Assembly: GCA_028873375.1 (NCBI GenBank)
Contig: JAGWKU010000002.1
Location: 1 to 48,934 of the forward strand
Origin: Verrucomicrobiota bacterium
GTDB taxonomy: Bacteria > Chlamydiota > Chlamydiia > Chlamydiales > SM23-39
Length of the DNA: 48,934 bases
Reading direction: 5' to 3'
Part shown: positions 46,883 to 48,934 of the stretch, in pieces
How the letters are laid out: every line of letters starts with the position of its first letter
Position numbering within the stretch: the stretch's first letter is position 1
Translations under genes and position numbers: made by a program
Notes under the pieces: generated by a model
The model's database searches: none
What the model saw: the letters and a program-made list of their open reading frames with translations, nothing else
Told to the model about the DNA's origin: nothing

Positions 46883-48109
46883 ATGATGACACCTTTCTCC
46901 AGGGCAAAAGCCCTATTTTCGGTCTATTTCATTGCATCGATTGACAATATTGGCTTTTGCATGGTTTTCGTTCTTTTCCCCCCGCTGCTTCTCAATCCTG
47001 AATACGGCTTTATGGCCCAGAATCCCAGCTTTATGGGCAAGCTGATTGCGATGGGGGCACTTTATGCGGCATTCCCGATTGGCCAATTCATTGGTTCTCC
47101 CGTGATTGGAGAATTAGCTGACAGATTCGGCAGGAAAAAGCTTTTTTTGAGTACGATCTTCTGCACGATCCTGGGCTATTTGCTTACAGGATTTTCCATG
47201 AGCCTTAAGAGCATTATTCTTATTTTCTTCGCTCGGTTTCTCACGGGCCTCTTTTCTGGCAACCAAGGACTTTGCAATGCTTCAATCGCTGATTTGAGCC
47301 CGAATGAAAAAGAACGGGCAAGAAATTATGGTATTTTAACCGTAGTATGGGGGATTAGCTTTCCTATTGCTCTGCTTCTCGGAGGTATTTTTTCCGATCC
47401 TTCCCTTTCAAGCCATTTTAGCCCTGCAATCCCATTTTATATTGCTGCTTTTTTTACAATTTTAAACCTTATAGCCGTACTTTTCTTTTTTCCTGAGACA
47501 TTTGATCGCATCGAGAAAAAAATGCAGCTCGATCTTATCAAAGGGCTTCACAACATCACAGATGCTTTACGCATGAAAAGCATGAGAAAATTCTTTTTAC
47601 TCATGCTTATTTGGACTCTTGGATGGGGCTATTCTGTCACTTGGTATGGCGCCTACGCCATCCAAAGATTTGGCGTTTCACAGCAAATTGTCACCCTAGG
47701 TCTTTTGATTCAGGGAATCCTTTGGACATTGGGAGGAGCTACCTTGAAGCCGATTCTTCTCAAACGCATGGAAACTCTTCCTATCGCGCATCTCTCTTAT
47801 CTTCTAACAACTCTTCTTCTTGTTTTGACCGCATTGATGCCAACATTTACGACTTTTATTATTGCGTATTCCCTATCAGCCCTGATGGGCGCCGTTTCAC
47901 TCAGTTCTACTTTCAATCTCATTTCCATTTCTTCTCATGCCACGTCTCAGGGAAAAGCGATGGGAATTACTCAATCAGTAAATTCTCTCGGGTTTTTCTT
48001 GGTTCCTATTCTGGGAGCTTTTAGCGGAGCTATTAGCATTTACACTTTTTATCCGATCGCCGCCCTCTTTTTGGGAATCGGGTATGTGATCCTGAAAAGA
48101 AAGTCTTGA
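46883..48109 (+). CDS. MFS transporter (DHA1/TetA-like)
   Basis: 408 aa with ~12 TMs and MFS motif A GELADRFGRKKLFL. It is AT-richer than the core genes by eye. Confidence 0.85.
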   Translation: MMTPFSRAKALFSVYFIASIDNIGFCMVFVLFPPLLLNPEYGFMAQNPSFMGKLIAMGALYAAFPIGQFIGSPVIGELADRFGRKKLFLSTIFCTILGYLLTGFSMSLKSIILIFFARFLTGLFSGNQGLCNASIADLSPNEKERARNYGILTVVWGISFPIALLLGGIFSDPSLSSHFSPAIPFYIAAFFTILNLIAVLFFFPETFDRIEKKMQLDLIKGLHNITDALRMKSMRKFFLLMLIWTLGWGYSVTWYGAYAIQRFGVSQQIVTLGLLIQGILWTLGGATLKPILLKRMETLPIAHLSYLLTTLLLVLTALMPTFTTFIIAYSLSALMGAVSLSSTFNLISISSHATSQGKAMGITQSVNSLGFFLVPILGAFSGAISIYTFYPIAALFLGIGYVILKRKS

Positions 48110-48277
48110 GAAAAGGCACGACTTAAAAATTGGGGGGCTCGCATGCGCGCGCATTAAAGCACCGAAACTATTGATTTTTTCGCCCGATTTCTCTGCTAAC
48201 CCCTTCCAACCGTGAATCACTAAGCACGCGCCGTTAAGGCAACAAGCTGGTGCCCAGTTCTAAATTCATCAAAAATC

Positions 48278-48934
48278 TTACCCTTCTTCCTTTTTAGGAG
48301 ACGCACTGCTTCCAGCAAGAATACCCCCGTCCACTGTCAACTCGGTACCCGTAATATATTTTGCCTCATCGGAAGCCAAGAAAAGTGCTGCATATGCCAC
48401 GTCTTCAGGTGTTCCAAGCTTACGCATTGGAATATCCTTAGCAATATGAGTCAATCTTTCTTCCCTTTCTGCTCCACTACCCAGCATTGGTTCCCACATA
48501 GGCGTCAAAATGGCAGCAGGATGGATAGAGTTACAACGAATATCATACCCCTTCTCACAACAATAAAGAGCGACACTTTTCGTATGATTACGAACAGCTG
48601 CTTTACTAGCTGCATAGGCAGCCGCTTCAGGAATCCCAACCATACCGGATCGAGAAGAAATATTTACTATTGAGCCCCTGCGCTGCTTCATGTTATGAAT
48701 TGCTTTCTGACAACCAAGAAAAACACCATCTGAATTGATTGCATGTACTTTTCTCCAGCTATCCAAAGAGGCGTTCTCTGGGTCTTGTAGCCCAAATCCC
48801 TCTTGAAATCCCGTAATACCAGCATTGTTAATGAGAATATCCAACTGTTTCTTTTGTTTAATGATTTGCCCAACAGCCACATCCCAATCATTTTCATTTT
48901 GCACATCCAGATGGAGATACTGAGCATGAGGGCC
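48278..48934 (-). CDS. short-chain dehydrogenase/reductase (5' end outside window)
   Basis: NNAGI and the catalytic S...YAASKAAV (YxxxK) are present. The frame stays open to the window edge (..GPHAQYLHLDVQNENDW), so the track 'M' at 48904 is an internal GTG. Confidence 0.85.
   Translation of the reverse strand, partial: GPHAQYLHLDVQNENDWDVAVGQIIKQKKQLDILINNAGITGFQEGFGLQDPENASLDSWRKVHAINSDGVFLGCQKAIHNMKQRRGSIVNISSRSGMVGIPEAAAYAASKAAVRNHTKSVALYCCEKGYDIRCNSIHPAAILTPMWEPMLGSGAEREERLTHIAKDIPMRKLGTPEDVAYAALFLASDEAKYITGTELTVDGGILAGSSASPKKEEG

Noticed and set aside
48143-48154. Alternating-GC palindrome ATGCGCGCGCAT between the MFS and SDR genes.
   Set aside because: It is short and isolated, with no flanking T-run and no second copy. 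It is most likely fortuitous.

Overview
This looks like a chromosomal core segment of a Chlamydiae-type genome, probably an environmental Parachlamydiales-like lineage, at about 50% GC by eye. Three lines of evidence support that. First, the blocks rpmE-prfA-prmC-ffh-rpsP-trmD-rplS, tadA / rpsO-pnp / ftsH-tilS-lptFG, accA..HU-like, pepF<>groES-groEL and lepB..ileS match gene neighbourhoods I recall from Chlamydia trachomatis. Second, the lineage-typical oversized FtsH (~917 aa), LepB (617 aa) and eukaryote-like IleRS (1036 aa) are present. Third, four proteins carry Inc-type bilobed hydrophobic domains. I count about 45 CDSs and one tmRNA. I see no tRNA, rRNA, CRISPR array, transposase or integrase. 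The non-routine content is: (1) a family of ~140-190-bp palindromic intergenic elements with three tandem 9-mers (CTCAGTG core) per arm, in four full copies plus one mini-copy; (2) a repeat-bracketed three-gene operon encoding a 582-aa GT-B/EarP-like glycosyltransferase candidate and two paralogous ~100-aa helical proteins; (3) an archaeal-type AspRS fused to a YbaK/ProX-type deacylase domain; (4) an MsbA-like ABC exporter with a near-canonical EF-hand loop in its first extracytoplasmic loop; (5) two unlinked paralogues sharing a Cys/His 'IHxIRxHGxF' domain; (6) a ~178-nt GC-rich long hairpin upstream of rpiA, a candidate structured RNA; (7) a near-consensus CIRCE operator at hsp20 and a degenerate one upstream of groES; (8) a rhomboid-fold protein lacking the catalytic Ser/His; (9) an AT-richer MFS/SDR segment directly downstream of ssrA. 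All family assignments are motif-level readings of the supplied translations and of the DNA. No database search or folding calculation was run.
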